From assembly GCA_036172245.1 (NCBI GenBank), contig JAYWIR010000017.1, positions 3,348,001 through 3,412,000 on the forward strand: a stretch of DNA of 64,000 bases. Reading direction: 5' to 3'. The DNA is from Raillietiella orientalis. Taxonomy: Eukaryota. Position 1 is the first letter of the stretch. Each line of letters opens with the position of its first letter. The translations under genes and the position numbers were made by a program. Under the pieces are notes generated by a model that was given only the letters and a program-made list of their open reading frames with translations, was not told the DNA's origin and searched no databases. Shown here piece by piece: positions 62,601 through 64,000 of this stretch.

Positions 62601-63419
62601 AATACTTTGGTGAGATCCCGGAGGCCTGATGTGTAGGTAGGTTTCATGAGGATGATGACCTGTGAGCACGGTTTAGTCAATCCCAAGTCCACGGAGAGTT
62701 AAAACAAGAGGTGTGAAAGATTCTTCGATGAAAAAGGGATGACCAGGAGAACGCAGTTGTGGGGTTGATGGTTTGCCTCGAATGGGGATGCTTTAGCATT
62801 TGTATTTATACTCACAACTCCAGCAGCTAAACTTCTGGAAAGCATCTCTGTAAGCCGTCGTAGCAGTTCATTTTCCCAGAGTTGAAACGATTCCAGCTAA
62901 ATGATCACTCCTTCCTAATGACGGCCACTCGGCAAAATTGCATTTCTATCGCTGTCGTGCGTTCCGTCTTCTCACCTGAAGCTCCACTCATAGGACGCGC
63001 CACGATTCTCAACTCTGGTGTTTCTCTGCATCTAAGCACAATCAATCCATCCACTTAGGCAAGTTTGTGACCTGTGGACTTAGAAAAAGGCAGCTTCCTT
63101 CACGCCATGCTTTGGCTGCTCATGCTCATGGCACCGGTCGGCCTTACACTTCTATCCTTCACTTTCGGCCGTCACATTGTGACCCCTCCAGCTTGGTTTT
63201 CCAATATGTGTTCTCAGCTGAAGTTTATGCAAAGAAACTCCTTCCTACGTTTCTGTTGCTGTTGTTCCCTCATGTCCGTCTACAAAAGAGCAAGATTCGA
63301 ATGAAAAAGAACGTGCTCAAAGAGATTTCGTTTCCTATGAGAAGACCTCCATTAAAGATATTCTTTTTTTTCTTTTTTCTTCAAGCTCAGTTCACTTCAT
63401 TTAATGTTTTCACTCATGT

Positions 63420-63800
63420 TGAACAAACTCACCGGCATCTAACAAGTTTGGCTTATTTCCGATGCTTCCGATGCGATGTTCCTTTAAAGACGCTTCCATT
63501 GCACGTTGAATTATTCATATGTGAAAGCACATCGCGCGATTAAGAATCGGATGTGGCGCAAGGGTTTTCGGTGCGACCATTTGAAACGAAACCCGAAATC
63601 ACTGAAGAGCACCTCTTGTTCCACTCAGCATAACAGATTCCAAGCAATCCTTTCGGTTCACGGAAGGTACACCTCCAGCGTCCGAGATCAACGATCAAAA
63701 CAAGATGTGCATAATGAGACCTCCACAAAGTTATCGCACAGCTTTTGCGTGCAATCCTGATAAACAACCTGGTGGATCTTGTGCCTCCTTGGTGTCACAT
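63420..63800 (-). mobile_element. Decayed RTE/BovB-like reverse-transcriptase fragment
   Basis: FIRIARKSCAITLWRSH (FIPIPKK..A...TI.L.SH), KGLLGIC (K.LL.II) and DFGFRFKWSHRKPLRHIRFLIARC (QFGFR.G..TR.A...LR.L.ERC). Confidence 0.5.
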
Positions 63801-64000
63801 GCTCAATCCTTCGGAGATCGCCATATTCGTTGCTTCGAGGGAAGAAGAATGCATCTTTACCTCCAGTTTGGAACTTCGAATCAAGCAGTCGTGTTGAAAT
63901 GGATTCTGAAAAGTGGGCGAGCTTTCCATGCTCATTTAGAGATTACGAATATCTGCTCTCGACACCTTCTGGCCCGGGTGCTCAATACGTTAGCTGAATA

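Overview
Eukaryotic (most likely arthropod) genomic DNA. The only intact gene is an intronless class III POU homeobox gene, a ventral veins lacking/drifter/Cf1a orthologue, at 2566-3768 (+). It lies in a GC- and CpG-rich, microsatellite-rich block of about 16 kb (~1.7-17.5 kb) in which I see no transposon relics. This block probably holds its promoter, 3' UTR and enhancers. The remaining ~46 kb is more AT-rich, has no intact gene that I can recognise, and is made of heavily eroded LINE fragments (mostly RTE-like), a CACTA-like relic, a tRNA-type SINE-like element, a TatD/TATDN2-like relic and a ~540-bp 28S rRNA pseudogene. The most interesting signals are four. (i) A UAG stop followed at once by a stem-loop and a short in-frame extension, echoing the known stop-codon readthrough of Drosophila vvl. 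(ii) An overlapping uORF. (iii) The 28S fragment sits inside a LINE endonuclease, with a possible target-site duplication. (iv) That fragment has diverged mostly in the AT-to-GC, TpA-losing direction. All transposon calls come from motif recognition by eye across frameshifts and need database confirmation.
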